In this document: positions 24,494-32,855 of the stretch, one piece after another
Numbering within the stretch: the stretch's first letter is position 1
Layout of the letters: every line of letters starts with the position of its first letter
DNA from: a virus
Taxonomy: Duplodnaviria; Heunggongvirae; Uroviricota; Caudoviricetes
IMG/VR virus record: IMGVR_UViG_3300045988_014834
Span: 1 to 41,350 of that record
DNA length: 41,350 bases
Direction: 5' to 3' (one strand)
Made by a program: the position numbers and the translations under genes
The notes under the pieces: generated by a model
Seen by the model: only the letters and a program-made list of their open reading frames with translations
What the model was told of the DNA's origin: nothing
Databases searched by the model: none

Positions 24494-24766
24494 ATGATTT
24501 ATCAACTCTACCGCGCCGTAGACAGGCGAGATAACACCGAGGCGTTGTGGCTATTGCGTGCGCCGTCAGGGGCGCACCAGATGGAAGAGATGGCCTACTT
24601 AGGCAAAGTACCACGGCCTAAAGATATAGGCCGTCATGTGTCGCAGATTAAGCGCACGACTTTCGCCAAGCCAGACTTTTATGTCTTCGAGTCGATGTAT
24701 GGCTGGGCTATGCATTGCGATCATAAGACCAGGCATTTAATTGACCAGTGGGAGAACATGGTATGA
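24494..24766 (+). CDS. Hypothetical protein, 90 aa
   Basis: Track ORF with GAGGG upstream. Confidence 0.4.
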   Translation: MIYQLYRAVDRRDNTEALWLLRAPSGAHQMEEMAYLGKVPRPKDIGRHVSQIKRTTFAKPDFYVFESMYGWAMHCDHKTRHLIDQWENMV

Positions 24767-25110
24767 CGGATAAATGGTGGCTTAATTTGCGCAGCGGTGA
24801 CAAGGTTTACACCGTCGGTGACCGCAGAAAGAACAGTGGCGCAGCTACTGTTCTACAAAATGGCAAAAAGTACATACACATTGCGCATGAAGCTCGGGCG
24901 CTCCGCGTGAATAAATCATCCGGCAGGCTTGAGGATTACCCAAAAACATTTATATACAAAAGTGAAAAGCATCACATGGCCGCTGTTGACGCAAGACGTC
25001 AGTTCGCAGGAATGTTGCGACAGTTAAGTGACTTACATCGTGATGATTCTTTCATTCCTACAGAAGAACAGTTACAAGCATTAAACTTGTATTTGGAGAG
25101 TTTACGATGA
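24748..25110 (+). CDS. Hypothetical protein, about 115-120 aa
   Basis: Coupled ORF. Confidence 0.4.
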   Translation: MGEHGMTDKWWLNLRSGDKVYTVGDRRKNSGAATVLQNGKKYIHIAHEARALRVNKSSGRLEDYPKTFIYKSEKHHMAAVDARRQFAGMLRQLSDLHRDDSFIPTEEQLQALNLYLESLR

Positions 25111-26348
25111 TTCTAAAAGAACGCGGCGGCAATAATGATGTGCACGCCTTACTGTCACCGTCTGGGGCTAAAAAGTGGCTTACATGCAGTGCATCACTGG
25201 CCTGTGAGAAAGATATTCCTAACACGTCGGGTAAAGCCGCTGTATTAGGCACAGCCATGCACACCATAGCTGAGGTACATCTCAACGCCTATATTCGCGG
25301 AACTGCGTTGCCGTTAGAGCGTGAAGTTGGTGCTTACGTGCTGGATGAGGGTAAAGGCCAGATTAAGGCGCTAATCAGCCCGATGAAAGGTGCGGTACTG
25401 ATTACGGCGGACATGATTGAGCAGGTGCGCAAGTACACCGACTACTGTAAGGCAATTATCGATGTAGCGACTTACGCCAAGCTCGAGATGCGCGTCAATC
25501 TTACGGAGGTATTGCATCCGGGTTACGAAGGCGTTGAGACGTTCGGAACGGCTGACCTTGTTGCCGTTCAGGAACTAGCAAACACCGACGAGCACATGCT
25601 CATTATCGGTGACCTGAAAACAGGACGGCATCGTGTCGAAGCGAAAGAAAACAAGCAGCTTATGCTTTACGCTCTCGGTGTTTATCGCCGACTCAAGAGG
25701 CGCTATAACATCACCGTGGTTCGTCTGGTAATATTCCAGCCGTACGCTGGTGGTGCGTCGGAGTGGGGCATCTCGGTTGAAGGTCTGGAACTGTTCGCCA
25801 AGTTTGCACAAAAACGCGCGCTGTTAGCCCTTGATGCGTATTCCCGTGGCAAGAAGAACCTGAAAGCGTCTGACTTCAGGCCATCGGTAGATGGTTGTCA
25901 GTGGTGCCGGTTCTCCGAACAATGCGCCGCACGTACAAAGACGGTTAACGCAGTACTGGCGGAAGAACTGGAAGACGATTTTGCGCTTGAGCTTACGCCT
26001 GAGCAACTCGTAGCTGAGTATGAGAAGTTGCCGTTGTTGCGACAGCACATCGACAAGGTCGAGAAAGCTATGGCCGCCGCGTTGCATTCCGGTAAGAAAG
26101 TGCCGGGGTACAAGCTGGTAGAAGGTCACCATGGTAATCGTGCGTGGAAAGATGCGGAGAAAGTAGCAGAACTCTACGGCGACAAGCTGACTAAAGAAGT
26201 GCTCATGTCACCTACCGAAGCTGTTAAAGTCATACCGGAAGAAGAACTGAAAGACTTCATTACCCGTAAGCCCGGCGCACCGTGTGTTGCAACGGCAGAC
26301 GACAAACGCCCTGAGTGGAATCAGGTAACAGAGGAGGATTTAGAATGA
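25107..26348 (+). CDS. PD-(D/E)XK nuclease, Cas4-like (DUF2800-type phage exonuclease), 413 aa
   Basis: Core GTADLVAV...IGDLKTGR and C-terminal Cys cluster CQWCRFSEQC. Confidence 0.6.
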   Translation: MILKERGGNNDVHALLSPSGAKKWLTCSASLACEKDIPNTSGKAAVLGTAMHTIAEVHLNAYIRGTALPLEREVGAYVLDEGKGQIKALISPMKGAVLITADMIEQVRKYTDYCKAIIDVATYAKLEMRVNLTEVLHPGYEGVETFGTADLVAVQELANTDEHMLIIGDLKTGRHRVEAKENKQLMLYALGVYRRLKRRYNITVVRLVIFQPYAGGASEWGISVEGLELFAKFAQKRALLALDAYSRGKKNLKASDFRPSVDGCQWCRFSEQCAARTKTVNAVLAEELEDDFALELTPEQLVAEYEKLPLLRQHIDKVEKAMAAALHSGKKVPGYKLVEGHHGNRAWKDAEKVAELYGDKLTKEVLMSPTEAVKVIPEEELKDFITRKPGAPCVATADDKRPEWNQVTEEDLE

Positions 26349-26518
26349 TGGTTTATATACTCACGCGGTATCACCGCCGATACTCTATTCAAGAACTTGA
26401 TATTGTTTCTGTTCACGCCAAACGCGCCGACGCCGACAAAATTGCAGAAGAGAAGAACTCAAAGCATGATGCGGTGCAACCTTATATCTATAAGGTAGTT
26501 CCGAAGAGACTTAAATAA
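26345..26518 (+). CDS. Small basic protein, 57 aa
   Basis: ATGA overlap with the nuclease stop behind GAGGAGG. Confidence 0.35.
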   Translation: MMVYILTRYHRRYSIQELDIVSVHAKRADADKIAEEKNSKHDAVQPYIYKVVPKRLK

Positions 26519-26522
26519 AGTG

Positions 26523-26552
26523 TTGACAACCTGAATAGTTAGCTATTATAGT
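26523..26552 (+). promoter_or_regulatory. Middle promoter TTGACA ... TATAGT with palindrome AATAG-N4-CTATT (26534-26547)
   Basis: ttgacaacctgAATAGttagCTATTatagtt. Confidence 0.5.
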
Positions 26553-26607
26553 TCTAATCACTGGCCGGGCAGTTCCCGGAGTAAACTTTGAAAAGCGAGA
26601 AATCAAG

Positions 26608-27234
26608 ATGGGACTGAAATTAAATCTGCGTAAAGTAAACACTGCATGGGTTAACGTATTCGAACGCGAAAAAGACCGTGAAAACGATGATGGCTCAATC
26701 ACTAAAGGCCAGTACAGCGCGACTATTATCCTGCCGTCTGACCATGCTCAAATCGACGCGCTTTACGATACCGTTTACGCTGTAGTTGAAGAAGCATTAG
26801 GCGCAGCCGCTGCCGAGAAATGGATGAAGTCCAACTACGGCGAAGGGAAGCACATGGATAAATGCGCGATTAAAGACATTGCAGAGCGCGACAATCCGTT
26901 TGAGGACTTCCCGGAAGGCTTCTACTTCAAAGCGAAGGCACAGAAACAGCCGCTGATTGTAACCTCTAAAAAAGGTGAGACTCAGGTAGAGCAGGACTTC
27001 AACGTAGACGGCGAACAGATTGAAGGCGAACAGGTTTACAGCGGCTGCGTAGCTAACGTAAGTGTTGAAATCTGGTTCAGCCAGAAATACAAAGTACTCG
27101 GCGTTAACCTGCTGGCTATTAAATACGTCGGCGAAGGTAAAGCGTTCGGTGGTTCTAAAGTCGCTGCAAGCGTCAATGACCTGGAAGACGACGAAGAAGA
27201 TGAAGCACCGCGCCGTGAACGTCGTCGCCGCTAA
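26608..27234 (+). CDS. ssDNA-binding protein candidate (DUF2815-like), 208 aa
   Basis: Acidic C-terminal tail DLEDDEEDEAP; lies between the Cas4-like nuclease and the polymerase. Confidence 0.45.
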   Translation: MGLKLNLRKVNTAWVNVFEREKDRENDDGSITKGQYSATIILPSDHAQIDALYDTVYAVVEEALGAAAAEKWMKSNYGEGKHMDKCAIKDIAERDNPFEDFPEGFYFKAKAQKQPLIVTSKKGETQVEQDFNVDGEQIEGEQVYSGCVANVSVEIWFSQKYKVLGVNLLAIKYVGEGKAFGGSKVAASVNDLEDDEEDEAPRRERRRR

Positions 27235-27295
27235 TATCTGAATCAATCTAACTAAGGCCCTTCATTGGGCCTTTTTACTAAGGGTCGAAAATAAT

Positions 27296-29566
27296 ATGCC
27301 TAATTTATTATACCTGGATACTGAGACATTCTCTGAAGCGGACTTAAAGAAAGTCGGATCGTATGCGTATGCGGAGCATCCGACAACCGAGATTATAATT
27401 TGTACATATGCCATTGATGATGGGCCCGTAGAAGTATGGGATTGCACTTCCGAACCGGTAATGCCAATAAGCCTCCGCATTGCGCTGCGCAATGTTATGC
27501 GCGGACGTATGAGAATTGTAGGCCATAACTTTTTAATGTTCGACAGGCTTGTTATGAAGCACTGCTGGGGCGTTGATATCAAGCCAAGAAACACCATTGA
27601 CACGATGATTAGAGCGTTTCGTCACGCGTTGCCGGGGTCACTTGATGCGCTGTGCGAAGTGCTGGGCGTATCTGCGGACAACGCTAAAGATAAACGCGGC
27701 AAGGCGCTGATTCAGCGTTTCTCTAAACCCACGCCGAAGAACTACAAAATCCGCCGCTACACCGCTGAAACTCACCCTGACGAGTGGGCTCTGTTCATCA
27801 AGTATGCCGTGAGCGACATCACTGCGATGCGTGAAGTCTTCCATAAGCTGCCGCGTTGGGGTAACTCAGAGTTTGAAGACCGCGTACTGGAACTGGACCA
27901 GTTAATCAACGACCGAGGCTTCTTTGTTGACACGGCTCTTGCTGAGGCGGCGGTAGCGGCAGTGGAACGCCACAAGCAAGAGCTAAAAAACGAGGCCCGC
28001 GCGAAATTCGGGGGGAAACTAACTGGCAAAGATTTCCTGCCAATCCTTCGGGAACTGGCACCGGCCTACAACATTTATAATGCGCAGAAAGCAACGCTCG
28101 AAGGTTTGCTAGAGGACGACGACCTGCCTGATGATGCGCGTACAATCATTGAGATGCGCCTCGGCGCGGCCTCCACGGCGTCGACAAAATACAAACCGCT
28201 CCTGCTAGGACGGTCCAAAGACGGACGGCGCCGTGGTTGCATCCAGTACGGTGGGGCAAAGCGCACTTTACGATTTGCGGGTAAAGGGTTCCAGCCGCAG
28301 AACCTGTCGCGTGGGTACTACCACGACGACCCAACCAACGAGGAAAAGAAACTCGTACGCCAGCCGTGGGAGTCTGACGAAGACTGGAACCGCAGGCTTA
28401 ACCCGCTATCCTTCGGCATCAATTTGCTTTTAAAGGGTCGGGCGCATCGCCGTTTTGATATATCTAAACTAACGGCCTCAACTGTCCGCAGTTGCATCAT
28501 CCCGGAAAAAGGCAATAAGTTGCTCGTTGCCGACTACTCAAACGTGGAAGGTCGTGGGTTAGCCTGGACGGCGGGGGAGACGTCTGCCCTTGAGACGTTC
28601 CGCGCGGGGATTGATATCTATTGCGCCACAGCTGGTAAGATGTTCGGCATGGACCCTATTGAGCTTAAAGCCACCCGTAAGGACCTGCGTCAGGTCGGGA
28701 AATGTTGCGAGCTCGGCCTCGGCTACGAGGGGGGCGTAGGGGCCTTCATGACTATGGCTAAAACTTACGGGCTGGACCTCTTTAAAATGACGGAGACAAT
28801 GCGGGGGACATTCCCTGACCATATATGGGCCGCCACTGCCCGAGGTTATGAATGGGCGCGGATCCAGGAGGCTAAGCGACCTCCAAAACCCGGTAAAAAG
28901 GATGAACGGGCCTCTTACGTGTTGCCTAAGGAAGTGTGGCGTACCTGTGATGCTATCAAGCGCATGTGGCGGGAAGCTCACCCGGAAACAGTGAAATTCT
29001 GGAACGACCTTAAGGATTCGGTAATTGCTGCAATCAGAAATCCGGGACGAGAGTTTTGGGCGGGAGCCAGAGTCCGCCTTAACGGCGACAGAGCTATTCG
29101 CATCTGGCGTACTAAAGAGAAAGACAGACAGGGTAACTTTGTGCCAGGTTGGTGGCTGTGCGTGGAGTTGCCGTCCGGACGCATCATGTCCTACCCTGGC
29201 ATAGGCTTAAGCGTGACTAAAGAAACTGACGAGGATGGGCGCGTAACAACTAACGTTCGCATTAAGTACCAGGGTGAAAACCAGACTACCCGCCAGTGGA
29301 CAACTTTGTACACACACGGTGGAAAATTGTGTGAAAACATCATCCAGGCGTTGTGCCGTGATTTACTGGTTAACGGACTCCTGACGGTCGAGGCAGCGGG
29401 CTACCCAATTGTACTTCACGTGCATGACGAATGCGTCGCCGAAACACCAGACACACCGGAGTACACGGTTAACGAGATGGGTGACCTGTTATGCTCATTA
29501 CCTGAATGGGCTGAAGGATTCCCACTAACATGGGCCGGGGAAGAGGTGTACCGTTATGCTAAGTAA
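27296..29566 (+). CDS. DNA polymerase, family A, with 3'-5' exonuclease domain, 756 aa
   Basis: Exo I motif YLDTETF; PolA motif A DYSNVE, motif B K..G.YG, motif C VHDE. Confidence 0.85.
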   Translation: MPNLLYLDTETFSEADLKKVGSYAYAEHPTTEIIICTYAIDDGPVEVWDCTSEPVMPISLRIALRNVMRGRMRIVGHNFLMFDRLVMKHCWGVDIKPRNTIDTMIRAFRHALPGSLDALCEVLGVSADNAKDKRGKALIQRFSKPTPKNYKIRRYTAETHPDEWALFIKYAVSDITAMREVFHKLPRWGNSEFEDRVLELDQLINDRGFFVDTALAEAAVAAVERHKQELKNEARAKFGGKLTGKDFLPILRELAPAYNIYNAQKATLEGLLEDDDLPDDARTIIEMRLGAASTASTKYKPLLLGRSKDGRRRGCIQYGGAKRTLRFAGKGFQPQNLSRGYYHDDPTNEEKKLVRQPWESDEDWNRRLNPLSFGINLLLKGRAHRRFDISKLTASTVRSCIIPEKGNKLLVADYSNVEGRGLAWTAGETSALETFRAGIDIYCATAGKMFGMDPIELKATRKDLRQVGKCCELGLGYEGGVGAFMTMAKTYGLDLFKMTETMRGTFPDHIWAATARGYEWARIQEAKRPPKPGKKDERASYVLPKEVWRTCDAIKRMWREAHPETVKFWNDLKDSVIAAIRNPGREFWAGARVRLNGDRAIRIWRTKEKDRQGNFVPGWWLCVELPSGRIMSYPGIGLSVTKETDEDGRVTTNVRIKYQGENQTTRQWTTLYTHGGKLCENIIQALCRDLLVNGLLTVEAAGYPIVLHVHDECVAETPDTPEYTVNEMGDLLCSLPEWAEGFPLTWAGEEVYRYAK

Positions 29567-29687
29567 ACTGATTATAGCGGTACTGGCGGGATTCGCTGCC
29601 GGTGTTTACTGTCACGAGGGGCAATACGGCATGATTGTCGCCGTACTAGGCATGTTCATCGCAATTTATCTGTGGGTGCTGGAATGA
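29556..29687 (+). CDS. Small hydrophobic membrane peptide, 43 aa
   Basis: ATG overlapping the polymerase 3' end; one transmembrane helix. Confidence 0.3.
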   Translation: MLSKLIIAVLAGFAAGVYCHEGQYGMIVAVLGMFIAIYLWVLE

Positions 29688-29773
29688 AAATTTACCGGTT
29701 ATACGAAGAAGACTGTAGAATCTGTCTGCGCTGCGGGATTGAGCATACGAAACGGGAGGGGTGTGTACTATGA
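29684..29773 (+). CDS. Small Cys-rich (zinc-ribbon-like) peptide, 29 aa
   Basis: ATGA overlap; Cys pattern C-x2-C ... C. Confidence 0.25.
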   Translation: MKIYRLYEEDCRICLRCGIEHTKREGCVL

Positions 29774-29922
29774 CGATGTTTGTATTTTGGTCGACAGTAA
29801 CCCTGCTCGCACTGTTACTCGGCGCGGGAATAGCCGCGATGTTCTGTTATGGCCTGTTCTTTAAGTTTGTCGGTGTTGCCGTTCTGGGAGGGGCTTTCCT
29901 TACTTGGGTTCTGCGCTCATGA
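29770..29922 (+). CDS. Small membrane protein, 50 aa
   Basis: ATGA overlaps on both sides; two hydrophobic segments. Confidence 0.3.
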   Translation: MTMFVFWSTVTLLALLLGAGIAAMFCYGLFFKFVGVAVLGGAFLTWVLRS

Positions 29923-30203
29923 CTAAAGAGGGCCGCGTACAGAAATACGCAAAGGAGCGATTCGAGGCCCTCGGGGGCCTCGTTCGAAAGCTGTCTTATG
30001 AGGGACGCTCCGGCGCCCCCGACCTCCTGGTAATTCTCCCCGGCGGCATTGTCTGGTTTGTCGAGGTTAAGAAAGACGAAAATACGAAGCCAGACCCGCA
30101 CCAGTTACGTGAACATGAGAGATTTCGAAAACGTGGTGCAAATGTTTTTGTCGTCGGTTCGTTTAAACAGGTTGACGACCTAATAGCGAACTATTATAGT
30201 TAG
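29919..30203 (+). CDS. VRR-NUC domain nuclease, 94 aa
   Basis: Core PDLLVILPGGIVWFVEVKK (D...E.K PD-(D/E)XK pattern). Confidence 0.55.
   Translation: MTKEGRVQKYAKERFEALGGLVRKLSYEGRSGAPDLLVILPGGIVWFVEVKKDENTKPDPHQLREHERFRKRGANVFVVGSFKQVDDLIANYYS
30172..30200 (+). promoter_or_regulatory. Middle promoter TTGACG, 17 nt, TATAGT with palindrome AATAG-N4-CTATT (30182-30195)
   Basis: ttgacgacctAATAGcgaaCTATTatagtt, inside the 3' end of the VRR-NUC gene. Confidence 0.5.
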
Positions 30204-30233
30204 TCCTACACCAACAATATAAGGAATTGAGAA

Positions 30234-30425
30234 ATGAAACACGAATATGACCGCAAGCCAGCCCGTGACATCGTACCAGGTGACATGATTTTCAACGTTA
30301 AGACACGCCAGCCTGTTGCCGTTGATACGGTGTTCGTCGAGTCGAACGGTAAACTGGTTATCGAGGACGTAACCGGTAACGTTACGGCGTTTGGGCGTAA
30401 AGAGTTAGTTCTGGTGTTGAAATGA
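30234..30425 (+). CDS. Hypothetical protein, 63 aa
   Basis: AAGGAAT upstream of the ATG. Confidence 0.4.
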   Translation: MKHEYDRKPARDIVPGDMIFNVKTRQPVAVDTVFVESNGKLVIEDVTGNVTAFGRKELVLVLK

Positions 30426-30919
30426 ACAAATTAACTAGAAGGCCTGATATTGAGGAGGCGAAACGTCTTCTTAACTATGACCCCGAAACAGGCGTATTTA
30501 CACGGAAAGTAAGCATAAAAGGTAGGAATGCGGGGGAGGTAGCCGGGGGTCCAAACGACAAAGAATACATAGTTATCACCGTATCTGGTGTAAGAATAAA
30601 AGCCCACCATCTGGCATGGGCTTTCGTCTACGGAGAATATCATAATGGTGAGCTTGACCATAAAGACCGTAACAGGGCTAATAACGCCATAAATAATATA
30701 AGGCCAGCAACCAGGAGCCAGCAGATTCAGAACCGAGACTGCGCATCACATAACACTAGCGGTGCGATAGGGGTTTACCAAATACCCTCTGGCAGGTGGC
30801 GCGCCAGAATAGGCGTCAATAACAAATACATCCACCTTGGCTATTTTGACACTATAGAAGAAGCGTCGCGCGTATACCAAAGAGCCGCGGAAATATACTT
30901 CGGGGAGTTCAGGGCATGA
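30422..30919 (+). CDS. HNH homing endonuclease with C-terminal AP2-like DNA-binding domain, 165 aa
   Basis: HNH motif HH...ELDHKDRNRANN..NN; C-terminal GVYQ..SGRWRARI...LGYF.T.EEA..Y. Confidence 0.65.
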   Translation: MNKLTRRPDIEEAKRLLNYDPETGVFTRKVSIKGRNAGEVAGGPNDKEYIVITVSGVRIKAHHLAWAFVYGEYHNGELDHKDRNRANNAINNIRPATRSQQIQNRDCASHNTSGAIGVYQIPSGRWRARIGVNNKYIHLGYFDTIEEASRVYQRAAEIYFGEFRA

Positions 30920-32340
30920 GTAAGTTTAGGCGCAGGGAATATCAGAAAATAATGACGTCGTTTATGTTACGGCACCCACGTTGCAATATCTGGTGCGGCA
31001 TGGGAGGGGGTAAAACCTCCTCTACTATGTGGGTGCTCAACAGATTGTTTCGCAACGGGCAGCTTACTGAAGAGGACCGAGTGTTAATTCTGGCTCCTTT
31101 ACGTGTTGCGTCAGGTACGTGGCCAGCGGAACAGGCACGTTGGAATTTCCCATGCCTGAGTGTCGTAGATGCCACCGGTTCAGAGAAGCGCCGCATCGCG
31201 GCGCTGGAGTCCGACGCTAACGTGGTATGCACCAACTATGAAGTTATCGAGTGGCTTATTGACTATTACGGCAAAGACGACTGGCCTTTCACCGTTATCG
31301 TTGCCGATGAAAGCACGAAGCTAAAATCATTCCGCAGCCGTTCTGGCGGTAGCAAGCGGGCAAAGGCGCTTAGTAAAGTGGCGTTCGGAAAGGTTAAGCG
31401 TTTCATTAACCTGACGGGCACACCGTCGCCAAACGGCCTCAAGGACTTGTGGGGGCAGAACTGGTTTATCGACGCTGGCGAGCGACTCGGTTCTTCATAC
31501 ACGGCATTCACCGACCGATGGTTTAACTCGGTGCAGAAAGGTAAGTCGGCTATGGCGCGGGGGTATCACGCACGACCTGGTGCAGATAATGAAATTCACC
31601 AGAAGATGAAGGACATTAGTCTCACGATTGACGCCGCCGAGTGGTTCGGATGCGAAGCGCCGATTATTGTACCGGTTGAAATTGACCTGCCTAAGAAAGC
31701 ACGTCAGGCGTATATCGATATGGAGGAGAAGCTATTCGCGGAACTGGAGAGCGGAGAAGTCGAAGCGGCTAACGCCGCGGCGAAGACCTCAAAGTGTTTG
31801 CAGATTGCGTCTGGTGCCGTGTATGTGTCAGGACCAGACGGAGAAGCAACCAAAGACTGGGAGAAAGTGCACGACACGAAACTGGATGCGCTGGAGTCGA
31901 TTGTTGAGGAGTTACAGGGCGCGCCGTTACTTGTGGCCTATCAGTTCAAGCACGAACTGGAGCGCATCCTTAAGCGGTTCCCGCAGGCACAGGCGTTTGC
32001 CAAAGGTGTGAAGGGTAATAAGCAGATGGAAGCGTGGAACCGCGGTGAAATCGAAATATTATGCGTACACCCTGCGTCAGCCGGGCATGGTTTGAATTTG
32101 CAGGACGGCGGACATCATCTGGCGTTTATTTCGCAAGGGTGGAACCTTGAGCACTATTTGCAGGTTGTCGAGCGCATAGGCCCAGTTCGCCAGAAACAGG
32201 CGGGCCACGAACGCCCTGTGTTCCTTTACCACATTGTTGCTAAAGACACGCTGGACGAGGTTGTTGCCGCGCGTACCGACGAGAAGAAATCGGTACAGGA
32301 AGAATTGCTTAATTACATGAAGAGACGAGGTAAGAAATGA
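30916..32340 (+). CDS. SNF2/DEAD-like superfamily 2 helicase, 474 aa
   Basis: Walker A GMGGGKT, DEST box, LTGTPSPN motif. Confidence 0.7.
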   Translation: MSKFRRREYQKIMTSFMLRHPRCNIWCGMGGGKTSSTMWVLNRLFRNGQLTEEDRVLILAPLRVASGTWPAEQARWNFPCLSVVDATGSEKRRIAALESDANVVCTNYEVIEWLIDYYGKDDWPFTVIVADESTKLKSFRSRSGGSKRAKALSKVAFGKVKRFINLTGTPSPNGLKDLWGQNWFIDAGERLGSSYTAFTDRWFNSVQKGKSAMARGYHARPGADNEIHQKMKDISLTIDAAEWFGCEAPIIVPVEIDLPKKARQAYIDMEEKLFAELESGEVEAANAAAKTSKCLQIASGAVYVSGPDGEATKDWEKVHDTKLDALESIVEELQGAPLLVAYQFKHELERILKRFPQAQAFAKGVKGNKQMEAWNRGEIEILCVHPASAGHGLNLQDGGHHLAFISQGWNLEHYLQVVERIGPVRQKQAGHERPVFLYHIVAKDTLDEVVAARTDEKKSVQEELLNYMKRRGKK

Positions 32341-32546
32341 ATAATGAGTTTGATATTGACGCTTGCAACGAATTGATAAAAGCCGCTCTTAATGCCCGCG
32401 AGCAACTGCTTGCCATGCAGTTAAAGCGAGAAATAAAACGTATCAAGGAACTGGAAGAAGAGGTTCTACGACTACGGCAGCAGCGTGACGCGGCTAACGC
32501 TCTTATTCAGGAACAGAACCGAATTATTGCAGGAGATACAGAATGA
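32337..32546 (+). CDS. Small coiled-coil protein, 69 aa
   Basis: Coupled to the helicase; heptad-like charged pattern. Confidence 0.35.
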   Translation: MNNEFDIDACNELIKAALNAREQLLAMQLKREIKRIKELEEEVLRLRQQRDAANALIQEQNRIIAGDTE

Positions 32547-32826
32547 AAGTCAACGAACTACTCCAGGAATCCGCGTACACCCTCACTCAGCGTGGTGAGC
32601 AGAACGGATACGATAAGAAGGAAGAGGCAGTGCTGCCGAGGTTGCGGCGCTGTTTAACCTGAAGACGGGTCATAGCCTTACTGAGTCCGATGCCTGGCAA
32701 TTCATGATTTGCCTGAAGGAGGTGCGTCTAAAACAGCAGCGGAAGAATGGCGGTGATAAGAAGGACACGCCGATAGACCTGATATCTTACCAGGCGCTGC
32801 TCGCGGAATGTTTAACTGATAAATGA
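32543..32826 (+). pseudogene. Gene split across two frames (frameshifted or recoded)
   Basis: ATG-initiated 39-codon ORF (32543-32662) overlaps a start-less 69-codon open frame (32617-32826) around a purine run. Confidence 0.4.
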
Positions 32827-32855
32827 AAAAGGCCCCTAAAGGGGCCTTAATTTTA
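32826..32855. terminator. Bidirectional terminator (GGCCCC-TAAA-GGGGCC) between replication arm and tailspike
   Basis: Perfect hairpin with flanking A and T runs. Confidence 0.7.
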
